From contig JBAZUE010000003.1 in NCBI GenBank assembly GCA_041661605.1, forward strand, positions 13,934 to 77,933: a stretch of 64,000 nucleotides of DNA, written 5' to 3'. The position numbers and the translations under genes are program-made. Position 1 is the first letter of the stretch; every line of letters starts with the position of its first letter. The notes below the pieces were generated by a model, which was given only the letters and a program-made list of their open reading frames with translations, did not search any database and was not told the origin of the DNA. Below, in pieces: positions 45,579 to 54,648 of this stretch. The DNA comes from Candidatus Omnitrophota bacterium (lineage in GTDB: Bacteria > Omnitrophota > Gorgyraeia > Gygaellales > Profunditerraquicolaceae).

Positions 45579-46581
45579 TTGTTTTCTTCTTCATCAACCT
45601 TTCCAATAGATAAAGCTCAGGGCTTAAATCCAGCTTATACAGATTATTATTGAATCTGCCTTCGGGGCTTCTCTGGCTATCGCTAAAATAAAGCACCTGG
45701 CGTTTATTATCGTAAAATGCCTCCATGGCCTCTTTGTTTAGCTCCACCAGGTTGACGGCCTTTGCCTGCGGCCTGGATTCAATCACCGCGACATGCTTAT
45801 TAGTCAAAACTATCAAATGATAGCTGTCTGAATGCCAGAATACCTTGATTATTTTTTCCTGAGGATAATCCAAATACACGAAAGAATCCAAATAGACGGA
45901 TGAATCCGAATATTCATAATCAGGCCGGTTATCAAAGAAAATCACGCTGATTTGATGCGGGCCAAAAATAAACATTTTGCTCTTGTCCATAGAAACCTCC
46001 CAGCCATTAATCTGGGATAATTTCTCCGGTAAACTTGCGATATCGTCAAAATTACTTCCATCCAGGTTTGACCTGTAAACAGTTTTATTATCTTGGTCCA
46101 AATAATAAATCGCTCCTTTTTCAATATCTACGCGGAAAGAAGAAAACCCCCCTTGGTTTAACTGCTGTAAGTCAGGCTTTAAAGGAAAGAGGATAACCTT
46201 GTCAATGCGGCTGACCTTGCCTGCCTCTACGTCTACCTCGGATTTCCAGGGATAATATTTCGCTAATCTTAAAGTAATTTTATAAACACCGGGCAGAAGC
46301 TCTTGTATACTTGCCGGGCTTTTCTCGGGGATAAGCTTTCCGTTAAGGTATATACTTGCTCCTTCGGGCTGGGTCTTTATATAAATCAAACCTGCCTTAA
46401 CAAATCTTAAAGTATGCGCATTGAATTTGTAACCTAGAGCAAATGACAGGATAAAAGGAAGCCCGCCGAAAAATAAAAGCAGGCTCAGATAAAACAAAAG
46501 ACTCCTTGCTCTTTGAAAAGCGGAATCCGTAAAAGAACAGACCCCTTTAGTTGTACAATTCTTCCTTAGCCAGCCAGACAT
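45571..46581 (-). CDS. Membrane-anchored PEGA-domain protein
   Basis: 336-aa ORF with an N-terminal TM helix, the literal PEGA motif (TQPEGASIYLNGK) and a beta-rich C-terminal region. It overlaps the GT2 gene by 8 nt. Confidence 0.55.
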   Translation of the reverse strand: MSGWLRKNCTTKGVCSFTDSAFQRARSLLFYLSLLLFFGGLPFILSFALGYKFNAHTLRFVKAGLIYIKTQPEGASIYLNGKLIPEKSPASIQELLPGVYKITLRLAKYYPWKSEVDVEAGKVSRIDKVILFPLKPDLQQLNQGGFSSFRVDIEKGAIYYLDQDNKTVYRSNLDGSNFDDIASLPEKLSQINGWEVSMDKSKMFIFGPHQISVIFFDNRPDYEYSDSSVYLDSFVYLDYPQEKIIKVFWHSDSYHLIVLTNKHVAVIESRPQAKAVNLVELNKEAMEAFYDNKRQVLYFSDSQRSPEGRFNNNLYKLDLSPELYLLERLMKKKTNE

Positions 46582-46838
46582 TTCAACAGTTCCTTCTCTA
46601 ACCCCAATAAAAATTTCTTTTGTTTTAAGCCAAACACATACCCGCCGATCTCCCTGTCACTTCTTATTACGCGGTGACAGGGAATAATTAACGGATAGGG
46701 GTTGCGCTTTAAGGCCTGGCCTACTGCCCTGCAGGCTCCCGGCGAACCTGCTTTTTGCGCTACCCATTTATAGCTGCGCACCTGGCCAAAAGGAATACTT
46801 AAAACCGCTCTATAAACCCTGATTGCGAACTTTGTCAT
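46566..46838 (-). CDS. MGMT-family protein (methylated-DNA-protein-cysteine methyltransferase active-site/DNA-binding domain only)
   Basis: 90-aa ORF with the active-site motif IPCHRV and the helix-turn-wing pattern. Confidence 0.8.
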   Translation of the reverse strand: MTKFAIRVYRAVLSIPFGQVRSYKWVAQKAGSPGACRAVGQALKRNPYPLIIPCHRVIRSDREIGGYVFGLKQKKFLLGLEKELLKCLAG

Positions 46839-48076
46839 TTTCCGATCAACTCTTTCCGGCGCAACAATAAATGGTAGCTCACGGCAAACCTATGCGCCTC
46901 ATCACGCACCCGGCGGATTAGATTTAAAGCCGGGGTATCTTTGAGAAAAGTTAGCGGCCGCCTTTTCTGACTACTATAGATACGTTCCTCTTTTTTAGCA
47001 ATACTGGCCAAAGGAAGATTAAGGCCTAATTCTTTGAGCTGGCCGGCAGCAGCTAAAAGATGCCCTTTCCCTCCGTCAATAAGCAGCAGGTCGGGGAAAG
47101 CCCCTTTTTCTTTAATCAGGCGGCTGTAACGCCGGCGCACCACTTCAGCCAGCATTCTGTAATCATCGATCCCCTTAAAATCCCTGATGCGAAAACGGCG
47201 GTAATTATTTTTATCCGGATTGCCTAAATAAAAACTTACCATTGAACCTACCGCCTGTTTACCGGAAATATTAGAGATATCGAACCCTTCAATCCTCTCC
47301 GGAAGCCTATTTAAACCTAATTTGTTCTTTAAATCTTCCAATTCATTCTTACGGTTAACCCCGCTTAAACCTGCGGACAGCTCAGCTAAAGTAGAAATCT
47401 GATCCCGAGCTATGGCTGCAGACTCAAAATCCCTGGACCGGGATTTATTGCGCATTACTTCGCTTAACCTATTAATCAATAGGTCGGCCTTGCCCTCCAA
47501 AATCATGATAATATTACCAATCTCCCTGCCATATTCTTTGCGGCTGATCTTACCGGTACAGGGTTCAGGGCAAAGCTTAATCCTGCCGTATACGCAACTC
47601 TGGCTGAGCAGCCTGCGGCATGAACGATACGCAAAACTGCGCCGGATAATTTTCAAGGCATTCTTTAAAAGCTTGGCATTAGTGTAAGGCCCAAGGTAGC
47701 GGCCAGCCGGATCATTTTTTTTGCGCGTGATACTTATTGACGGAAATTCTTCTCCGGAAATTTTAACAAAAGGAAAGCTCTTATCATCCCGCAGAGAGAT
47801 ATTGTATTTGGGTTTAAGTTTATGGATAAGACTGGCCTCAAGCAATAAAGCCATAGATTCATTAGGAGACAACCTGAACTCAACATCAACTACCCTGCTC
47901 ATCAAAGCAAAAGTTTTATTATCCAGGTTCCCGGCTAAATAATTAGGCAGCCTTTTTTTTAATGACTTGGCTTTACCCACATAAAGCACTTTTCCCCGGT
48001 TATCCCGCATCAGATACACACCCGGAGAATCCGGTACAGATAAAATTTTCTCTTTTAATTTCCGCGCTTGCTCCAT
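46835..48076 (-). CDS. uvrC: Excinuclease ABC subunit C, short form lacking the C-terminal (HhH)2 domain
   Basis: 413-aa ORF with GIY-YIG (GVYLMRDNRGKVLYVGKAKSLKKR), a UVR motif (FESAAIARDQI) and an RNase-H-like endonuclease domain (IEGFDISNISG, RDEAHRFA). It ends immediately after that domain. Confidence 0.8.
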   Translation of the reverse strand: MEQARKLKEKILSVPDSPGVYLMRDNRGKVLYVGKAKSLKKRLPNYLAGNLDNKTFALMSRVVDVEFRLSPNESMALLLEASLIHKLKPKYNISLRDDKSFPFVKISGEEFPSISITRKKNDPAGRYLGPYTNAKLLKNALKIIRRSFAYRSCRRLLSQSCVYGRIKLCPEPCTGKISRKEYGREIGNIIMILEGKADLLINRLSEVMRNKSRSRDFESAAIARDQISTLAELSAGLSGVNRKNELEDLKNKLGLNRLPERIEGFDISNISGKQAVGSMVSFYLGNPDKNNYRRFRIRDFKGIDDYRMLAEVVRRRYSRLIKEKGAFPDLLLIDGGKGHLLAAAGQLKELGLNLPLASIAKKEERIYSSQKRRPLTFLKDTPALNLIRRVRDEAHRFAVSYHLLLRRKELIGK

Positions 48077-48081
48077 AGGTA

Positions 48082-49629
48082 TTAGTTGATGTTCTTAAGA
48101 ACCAGCCAATGTATAAGTTCCTTAAGTTCAGCTACGCCAAAAATAAAACAAAAAACAATATAAGATAAAATCCCGCAGAACAAAGCCCAGCCGAGATTTA
48201 ACGAGCGGTTAACCAGGAAACAAACAGCTGCCATGCAGGAAGAAGCAGCCAGAATACGCAGGAAAGAATAAAAAATTTTACGCCCTCCAAAACCGCTTAA
48301 ACGCTTGCTTAAGCTAAGAAACAAAAACAGAAAACTGATTATCCCTGAAATGGATGTAGCCAGGGCAAGGCCGCCTATTTTTAACGGAAACATCAAAATC
48401 GCATTAAATACAATATTCATAATCAAGGCTAAAAACGCTATTTTTGCGGGCGTAAACGTATCCTTAAGGGCAAAAAAACAAGATTGCAATATCTTTGTCC
48501 CCCCGTAAGCGCATAATCCGATACTATAAAAAAACAGGGCGTTGCTGGTCAAAAAACTTGAGTTAAAATCAAACCTGCCGCCGCCAAAAAGCGTAGACAC
48601 TAAAGGGTGAGCCAGGACCATAAAAATCGCGCTTGTCGGAAGCAGCGCAAAGAATATTACGCGTAAACCCCAGGAAAGCGTAACCTTAAGGTTATCCTGA
48701 TCCTGCTCTAATGCCTGCGTGGAAAAAGTAGGCAAAATAGCCTGCGACAGGGCGTTGCTGAAAATACCTATGGGGAATTGGATAAGCCGATAAGAAAAAT
48801 AAAGCACCGCTACCCCCCCATCGCCGACAATCGCTATTAATGAACCAAAGATAGAATCGACGAAATTATTCAACTGGTATATACTGGAACTGGCCAGCCG
48901 GGGCAGCATTAACCTTCTAACCTGTATCAGTCCGGGGTGTTTAAAGTTAAAAATACGCTTAAAATGGAACCCCTTCTTATATAAAACAGGTAGTTGCACT
49001 GCCAACTGCAACATCCCGCCCAATAAAACTCCTGTTGCCAGGCCTTTGGCGCCTTCTCCAAGAAGCAGGGCGCAAATAATTATAGCGATATTCAATAAGC
49101 AGGGCGCAAATGCCGAAACAGTGAAGTTCTTAAGAGAATTCAGTACAGCCATGGCATAGGCAGCCAGGCCGATAAGCAATATATAAGGGAAAATAATCCT
49201 GTTCAGCCTGATAGTTTCTTCCAGTTTATCCGGGAAGGCAATAAAGCCAGGGGCAATTAGGCGAACGATCAGGGGGGAAAAAATAATCCCCAGTATAGTT
49301 ATAACACTTAATGTAACCAGCAGAAGGTTAAGCAGGATATTGGCCAGCTCCCAGAAATCCTCTTTTGAGTGCTTAAGGTTATATTCGCTTAAGACCGGGA
49401 CAATCGCCGCGTTAGAAGCCCCCTCCCCGACAAAATCCCGGAAAAGGTTGGGTATGCGAAAGGCGATAACAAAGGCCTGCGCGTGCAGATAAACACCAAA
49501 GAGCCTGGCGATAACCACATCTCTTATAAAACCCAGGATGCGCGAGGCAAGGGTACCCAGGCTGATAACGGTTGCCGAACGCGCGACTTGCCGATTGTGA
49601 CTGCCTAAGGAATATTTGTTTGTTGACAT
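48082..49629 (-). CDS. murJ: Lipid II flippase MurJ
   Basis: 515-aa, 14-TM ORF with the MurJ/MviN N-terminal pattern GTLASRILGFIRDVVIARLFG. Confidence 0.9.
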   Translation of the reverse strand: MSTNKYSLGSHNRQVARSATVISLGTLASRILGFIRDVVIARLFGVYLHAQAFVIAFRIPNLFRDFVGEGASNAAIVPVLSEYNLKHSKEDFWELANILLNLLLVTLSVITILGIIFSPLIVRLIAPGFIAFPDKLEETIRLNRIIFPYILLIGLAAYAMAVLNSLKNFTVSAFAPCLLNIAIIICALLLGEGAKGLATGVLLGGMLQLAVQLPVLYKKGFHFKRIFNFKHPGLIQVRRLMLPRLASSSIYQLNNFVDSIFGSLIAIVGDGGVAVLYFSYRLIQFPIGIFSNALSQAILPTFSTQALEQDQDNLKVTLSWGLRVIFFALLPTSAIFMVLAHPLVSTLFGGGRFDFNSSFLTSNALFFYSIGLCAYGGTKILQSCFFALKDTFTPAKIAFLALIMNIVFNAILMFPLKIGGLALATSISGIISFLFLFLSLSKRLSGFGGRKIFYSFLRILAASSCMAAVCFLVNRSLNLGWALFCGILSYIVFCFIFGVAELKELIHWLVLKNIN

Positions 49630-49683
49630 GAATAATTAATTATGCTATTAATAGAAAAATAAAGTTAACTATAAGGAGAATAT

Positions 49684-49947
49684 ATGCCAAGACGTAGAAC
49701 ATCATTAAAAAGCAACCGTGTAAATAAAAGAAAACACACCCGCAACCTCAAAGTAAAGGTTCAGCTTAAGAAGGCAATAAAGAAATTTCAGGAGTTGCTT
49801 GCCAAAAAGGACACCGTTGAAGCAAAAACTTTCATTAGCAAGGTTTTTTCTCAGCTTGATAAAGCGGCGAAAAAAAATATCATCCATCCGGCAACGGCTA
49901 ACCGCAGGAAATCACGCCTAATGCGCCGTTTGAACAAACCCGCTTAA
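49684..49947 (+). CDS. rpsT: 30S ribosomal protein S20
   Basis: 87-aa basic ORF with the bS20 pattern (KSNRVNKRKHTRN..., IHPATANRRKSRL). AAGGAG precedes it. Confidence 0.9.
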   Translation: MPRRRTSLKSNRVNKRKHTRNLKVKVQLKKAIKKFQELLAKKDTVEAKTFISKVFSQLDKAAKKNIIHPATANRRKSRLMRRLNKPA

Positions 49948-50568
49948 ACCAACAACTAATTTTTCCAAGGCACAGGCAGGCTTTAGCCTGCCTGTTTTTA
50001 TCTCCACATCACAGCCAATAAGAAGTTTAAGCTTACGCCGAGCCTCTTGGCCCTGAATACCCTGTTTTTCCCAGGCGTACCGTAAACCTCCCAGGATACG
50101 TTCAGGGGCCTCCCCATTCTTCAAAAGTTGGTTTAAAATGCGAAGCGCCGAATCCGGCTTCCTTAACTCAATCTGCCGGCTTAAAGCAAAAGTATCCGGG
50201 TTAACTGTTTCCTTAAAACGCATGACCTTGGCAGTCCGGGATATACCCTTAATAAAACTATCCTGATAATCATAATGCTCCAGGATTAATACCAAAACCA
50301 ATTGTTTATCCGGATTTTTAACATAGCTCAAAAGAAAATCCCGGCATGCCTCATCCAGTGAGCCGGCGTCTTTAATTACGATAATCCTTTTGGCGCTTTT
50401 TAAGGGGATGGCCAGGAACCTTTCCTGGATAACTTTTAAAGCTGCTTCTTTAGCGTATAATGTATCGAAGTTAAAATCTTGAAGTTCTTTTGGTAGGAAT
50501 TCCTCTTTTATTTTCCTAAGCTGGTCTTCTCTTGCCTGCACATCCTGGCCGATAAGTAAATAAACCAT
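49918..50568 (-). CDS. holA: DNA polymerase III delta subunit HolA, short form
   Basis: HolA-like N-terminal pattern VYLLIGQD...IKEEF...FNFDTL...RIIVIKDA. I prefer the ATG at 50568, one nt after the lptE stop. The gene order lptE-holA is conserved in diderms. Confidence 0.6.
   Translation of the reverse strand: MVYLLIGQDVQAREDQLRKIKEEFLPKELQDFNFDTLYAKEAALKVIQERFLAIPLKSAKRIIVIKDAGSLDEACRDFLLSYVKNPDKQLVLVLILEHYDYQDSFIKGISRTAKVMRFKETVNPDTFALSRQIELRKPDSALRILNQLLKNGEAPERILGGLRYAWEKQGIQGQEARRKLKLLIGCDVEIKTGRLKPACALEKLVVGLSGFVQTAH
49972..50000 (+). terminator. Terminator hairpin after rpsT (embedded in the 3' end of the convergent holA)
   Basis: ACAGGCAGGC-TTTA-GCCTGCCTGT followed by TTTTTA. Confidence 0.5.
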
Positions 50569-50569
50569 A

Positions 50570-51184
50570 TCACCATTGTTCAACTGTGCGCTCGACAATC
50601 CGGCGAGCTAAATCGTCTACGGCGTTAGTCACGGCGGTATCTTCTGATACCGCAATAACATTCCCGGAAGCAAAATTCGTAAAATAAGAATAGTTTCCGT
50701 TAAAATTATTCTCTTCCCAAACCAGTTTATTTTCTTTTTGATCCCAGAGGCTTAAATTCACATATATATTAATGCGGTATTCAGTAACATTCTCACCATT
50801 CGAATCATAGGTTACAGGGTCTTTGCGATACTCCATCAATTCTCCTTTAAGCACCAAATCCGCCTGAGCCTCTTTTGCCGGTTTAAGATTTCCGTCAAAA
50901 AGGTAACGGTTAATTACCTTTTTAGTGATATCAGTCTCCAGCATCGGCCGGTAAATCCGGTACTTATTGGCAGAATATCCTTCCTGGGTTACATCCACTT
51001 TATTTAAAAATGGCGTTACATAAATTGTGCTGAATTTCCCGGAAAGCATAGAACGGGTAGTATAGCCGCAACCGGAAAGGGCAGTAGCTAGCAGGCAGCA
51101 TATAGTAGACAGGAAAAGAAAAAAGCTGATTTTATGGCTTTGCCTATCGGAAGGCAAACCATTGTTCTCTAACTTATTTTTCAT
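50570..51184 (-). CDS. lptE: LPS-assembly lipoprotein LptE-like
   Basis: Track ORF trimmed to the ATG at 51184 (MKNKLENN...). It has the lipobox LSGCGY and sits upstream of holA, as lptE does in other diderms. Confidence 0.5.
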   Translation of the reverse strand: MKNKLENNGLPSDRQSHKISFFLFLSTICCLLATALSGCGYTTRSMLSGKFSTIYVTPFLNKVDVTQEGYSANKYRIYRPMLETDITKKVINRYLFDGNLKPAKEAQADLVLKGELMEYRKDPVTYDSNGENVTEYRINIYVNLSLWDQKENKLVWEENNFNGNYSYFTNFASGNVIAVSEDTAVTNAVDDLARRIVERTVEQW

Positions 51185-52121
51185 TTTTGCGCTCCAATAT
51201 CTGCAGCCTGGCCACAGCCTGAGCGGCCCATGGGGTATCTGCATAATTATTGACTATATCGTTATAATAAATCCTGGCTGAATCAAATACCTTTTGCTTT
51301 TCATAGAAGCTGGCAATGTTATAGTTTGCCTCCGCCTCCTTCTCCCTGATACCGCTGATATTCTTTTCGGCATCAAGCGAAAGCACGGCATCAGGATGTT
51401 CTTTTACAAACTCTTCAAATCTTTCTTTTGCCTCCTGGGCTGCGCCCTGGTCATAAGCCGACCCCTTAGATAAACTGGCGCGGCAAGAGGCAATCTGGAA
51501 CTTCGCCGCAGATGCCCATTCGCTATCCGGGTAGCGGGAGACCACCTTGTTAAAAGCCTCTTCAGCTTCGTAATAACGCAACAGCCCCTTTAAAACCAAC
51601 CCCAATTTATACTGCGCCTGGGCAGCTAATGGGCCATAGGTAGAATTTTCTACTATTTTGCCGAATATCTCAATCGCCGGATTCTCTACGGGCAAGGTTA
51701 CTCCCAGGGCCTTTCGTTTTTCTCCGGACATAAACTTCTCGGCAATTTTATACTCCCGCTCAATAACCTCCTGGATACGCTCGCTAAAAGGATACTTATC
51801 AATCACCATCTGGTAGGCCTGGTAAGCTTCATATAATTTCCCCTCGGCCTCCTCCGTTAACCCAAGATAATACTGGCTTTCCGCAGCCTCCGCAGATTTA
51901 GGGTAAGCCTTAAGCAGCTTACGGAATTCTCGCCTGGCTTCTTCATATTTACTGATATCAAAGAAGGATTTAGCATAAGCGAACTGCTCCGCAGGATTAT
52001 CCTTTGGCATATTCTTGGGATTAACCCACTTGCCGCTTTTAGGAGTCCAGATCCAATAGGAATATGCCGGCTGGATAGACAGAAAAGAAATGAATAATAA
52101 ACTTAAGATTATACGCCGCAT
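51174..52121 (-). CDS. bamD: TPR-repeat outer-membrane assembly factor BamD-like
   Basis: 315-aa ORF with a signal peptide and repeated TPR-like helices that have the BamD/YfiO-type pattern (AQYKLG, YPDSEWA, YADTPWA). Confidence 0.55.
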   Translation of the reverse strand: MRRIILSLLFISFLSIQPAYSYWIWTPKSGKWVNPKNMPKDNPAEQFAYAKSFFDISKYEEARREFRKLLKAYPKSAEAAESQYYLGLTEEAEGKLYEAYQAYQMVIDKYPFSERIQEVIEREYKIAEKFMSGEKRKALGVTLPVENPAIEIFGKIVENSTYGPLAAQAQYKLGLVLKGLLRYYEAEEAFNKVVSRYPDSEWASAAKFQIASCRASLSKGSAYDQGAAQEAKERFEEFVKEHPDAVLSLDAEKNISGIREKEAEANYNIASFYEKQKVFDSARIYYNDIVNNYADTPWAAQAVARLQILERKNEK

Positions 52122-52154
52122 AATGTCTTAAATTATCATAGCCCGGGGCTTTTG

Positions 52155-52841
52155 TCAAAGATAAAAATACGCTCCCGGGATTTTGATTACCGCGGCGTTT
52201 ATATTTAAAAGCAGGGTAATCAGCATGGCAGTGGTTGTGCTAAAAACCCCTCCCAGGAAAGGGCAAAAAGAACCGCATAAAACCAGACTAAATCCGCATA
52301 AAGTAATCAGGGTAGCCAGCGGGACAATAAGGATATTGGCCAAAACAGTTATTGGCGAAATAATGCGAAAGTTATAAGCGATGATCCCCATTGTTCCGAT
52401 CCAGGCGCAAAGAGAAACCAGGCAGCCTTCGCAAATAAATCTCAACACCTTCACCTTAAAATTTCCCAGGCGTAAAAACGATTTTATCTTTGGATAAAGA
52501 CAGGCTATCGCTAAAACACTGACAAAGGATAACTGGAAGCCAATATCAAAAAGCTGCCGGGGGTTCAGCCCCAGTATGAATAAAGCCGCGCAAGCCAAAC
52601 AGTTATATATATCCGCCTCCCTTTTTAAAATACGAGCCAGCAGAAAAACTATCCCCATAACCGTAGCGCGGATAACCGGATTGCTTGCGCCTGTGATTAA
52701 ACAATAGATAAGCAAACAGATTACTGTCAGGATAATCCGCACTTTAAGCCGGATACGCATAATCTTCAACAGGAGATTAACGATAAAAGCAACTATCCCT
52801 ACGTTAAATCCGCTGACTACCAGGATATGGGTCTTGGCGGG
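52155..52841 (-). pseudogene. comEC: ComEC/Rec2 competence-channel gene, C-terminal fragment truncated at its 5' side by the inserted element
   Basis: The frame stays open upstream of the track start as PAKTHILVVSGFNVGIVAFIVNLLL, with no start codon, until a TGA at 52842-52844. The conserved ComEC blocks HxLxxSGxxVG, GASNPVIRATVMG and GFQLSFVSV are present. The whole N-terminal part of ComEC is missing. Confidence 0.65.
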
Positions 52842-54460
52842 TCAAAATGGGATAAAATATCCGGGCCTGATCCGGAAAGGGCGGGCTGGAAGGCGGCAGA
52901 AATATCTTTTGGGAGATGGATAAGAATATCAATGATTCCGTTTACGTTTACGGTAATCATCGTGTTAAACAAATGCAGAATCCTCTTTTTGGTTTCATAA
53001 GTGAACTTGCCTATTCCCTCTTTGAGTTTTTTGACGTAATCAATCGCGCTGCTTATTTCTGACTGCTTGTTGTCCTGCTGTAATAATTCTCCGATTTCCT
53101 GTTTTGTTTTCTCAAGGACTTCCTTGCTTTTGGTAATGCCTTCAACCTGCTGCTTCAACTGCTCAAGGCTGATGATGTTGTGCCGGTAGGCCTCAAGGAT
53201 TCTCTGCTCTTCTTTTATCAAACCCTGCTGCTGCAGGTCTATTCTTTCGATATCCTGTTTTAAAGTTCCCTCGCTTTTTGTTTTTATTTCTTTTTCCTGC
53301 CGGACCGCTTTTTCTATCAGCCCAGGGTTCTCCAAAATTTCCTCTATCTTCTGCCAGACGGCCGATTCCAGTTTCTGGGTCTGGACGTATTTGAGCCGGC
53401 AGTTAACGAGTTTGTTATATTTATTCTTCGCAAAATGCGTGCACCGGTAATAAAGTTTGAAATAGGGCCCATAGCTTTTGCCGTCCCTGATCTGGAACTG
53501 CTTGTCGGCCGTGCCGGCGATGGTATTGCCGCAGTCGCCGCATTTCACCATGCCCTGGAGCAGATAGGGATATTTGGCGTTTCTTTCCGAATAATTCTTT
53601 CTGGCCTCCAGCAGCTCCTGGCTTCTTTCAAAGATTTCCTCGCTGACAATCTGAGGCACCTTTACTTCTATCCATTCTTCGCGGGGCTTTAACGTTCCGT
53701 TCTTACCGTGCCGGTTGGCGTACCACCGGCCGGTGTAAATCGGATCACGCAAAACGTCATGAACCACGTCTTCCCTCATCAGACTGCCTTCTTTGGCGCG
53801 ATAATCCAGTTTTCTCAGCGCCCTGGTCGTTTTGATGAGAGAGGAATCCGGCTGCCGGTAAACCTCGTAAATCTTCCTGACGGCCTCGGCCTCCTTCTCG
53901 TTGATTTCCAGCTTTTTTGTTTCCTTAATATAGTTATAACCGAATTTTGCCGGCGAAGAGCCCGAGTAATATCCTTCTCTCGCTCTTCTCATCTTGCCGA
54001 TTTTCGAGCGTTCAAGAAAGGTGTTTCTTTCAAGCTCGGCTATGCTGCCGAACAGGGAAAGAATGAACTTGCCCAGATAATTGGTCGTGTCAAAAGGCTC
54101 GGTAATCGACCTGATGTTGACGCCCATGCCTTCAAGCTCGTAGACCACGTTGAGCAAATCCTTGTTGCTCCGGAAAAACCGGTCTACTTTATAAACCAGA
54201 ATCAGGTTGATCCTGCCCTGCTTAGCGTCATCCATCAGCCTCTGAAACCGGGGCCTCTCGTAGCTGGTCCCGGAATAGCCGCCGTCCACGTACTCGTCAA
54301 AAATCTCGTAGCCGTTGTCCGCGGCGTGCTTTCTCAAAAGCTCAATCTGGGCCGCCAAGGAAAAGTTCTCCTTCTGCTCCTCGGTTGAGACGCGGGCGTA
54401 CAAAGCCGCTTTGACTATTTTTGCCGTTTCTTTTCCGTTTATTTCTATCTTGCCGTTCAC
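52817..54460 (-). CDS. Large serine recombinase (integrase)
   Basis: Resolvase catalytic domain (AALYARVSTEEQ, VYKVDRFFRS), recombinase domain, zinc ribbon (CGDCGN...YYRCTH) and coiled coil. I prefer the GTG at 54460, preceded by GGAAGG, which overlaps the stop of the HTH gene by 1 nt. The track's 613-aa version adds 66 low-complexity codons. Confidence 0.9.
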   Translation of the reverse strand: MNGKIEINGKETAKIVKAALYARVSTEEQKENFSLAAQIELLRKHAADNGYEIFDEYVDGGYSGTSYERPRFQRLMDDAKQGRINLILVYKVDRFFRSNKDLLNVVYELEGMGVNIRSITEPFDTTNYLGKFILSLFGSIAELERNTFLERSKIGKMRRAREGYYSGSSPAKFGYNYIKETKKLEINEKEAEAVRKIYEVYRQPDSSLIKTTRALRKLDYRAKEGSLMREDVVHDVLRDPIYTGRWYANRHGKNGTLKPREEWIEVKVPQIVSEEIFERSQELLEARKNYSERNAKYPYLLQGMVKCGDCGNTIAGTADKQFQIRDGKSYGPYFKLYYRCTHFAKNKYNKLVNCRLKYVQTQKLESAVWQKIEEILENPGLIEKAVRQEKEIKTKSEGTLKQDIERIDLQQQGLIKEEQRILEAYRHNIISLEQLKQQVEGITKSKEVLEKTKQEIGELLQQDNKQSEISSAIDYVKKLKEGIGKFTYETKKRILHLFNTMITVNVNGIIDILIHLPKDISAAFQPALSGSGPDILSHFDPPRPISW

Positions 54461-54648
54461 TAGGGCCTTCCTGTCAGTTTTTCCAGTTTCTTGATGTCCG
54501 CTTCGGTATAAATCCGGTAATTGCTCATCTTGTCTCTTTTGGTTTTGGGGATCTTGCCGGCTTTCTCCCAGTTGTAAAGAGTCCGCCTCGTTACGCCGAG
54601 AATCCCCGCGACTTCCTGGCTCAAGAATCTCTTTTTGGTTGTTTTCAT
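54460..54648 (-). CDS. Excisionase/MerR-type HTH DNA-binding protein
   Basis: 62-aa ORF. FLSQEVAGILGVTRRTLYNWEKAGKIP is a typical excisionase-family HTH. Confidence 0.75.
   Translation of the reverse strand: MKTTKKRFLSQEVAGILGVTRRTLYNWEKAGKIPKTKRDKMSNYRIYTEADIKKLEKLTGRP

Noticed and set aside
53708-54388. 226-aa plus-strand ORF antisense to the recombinase. Similar antisense ORFs occur at 58607-59092, 28905-29486, 19789-20229, 13306-13761 and 43531-43941.
   Set aside because: They are shadow ORFs inside well-supported minus-strand genes. Their composition is Pro/Arg/Ser/Leu-rich or low-complexity, they lack SD sequences, and I recognise no family motifs.
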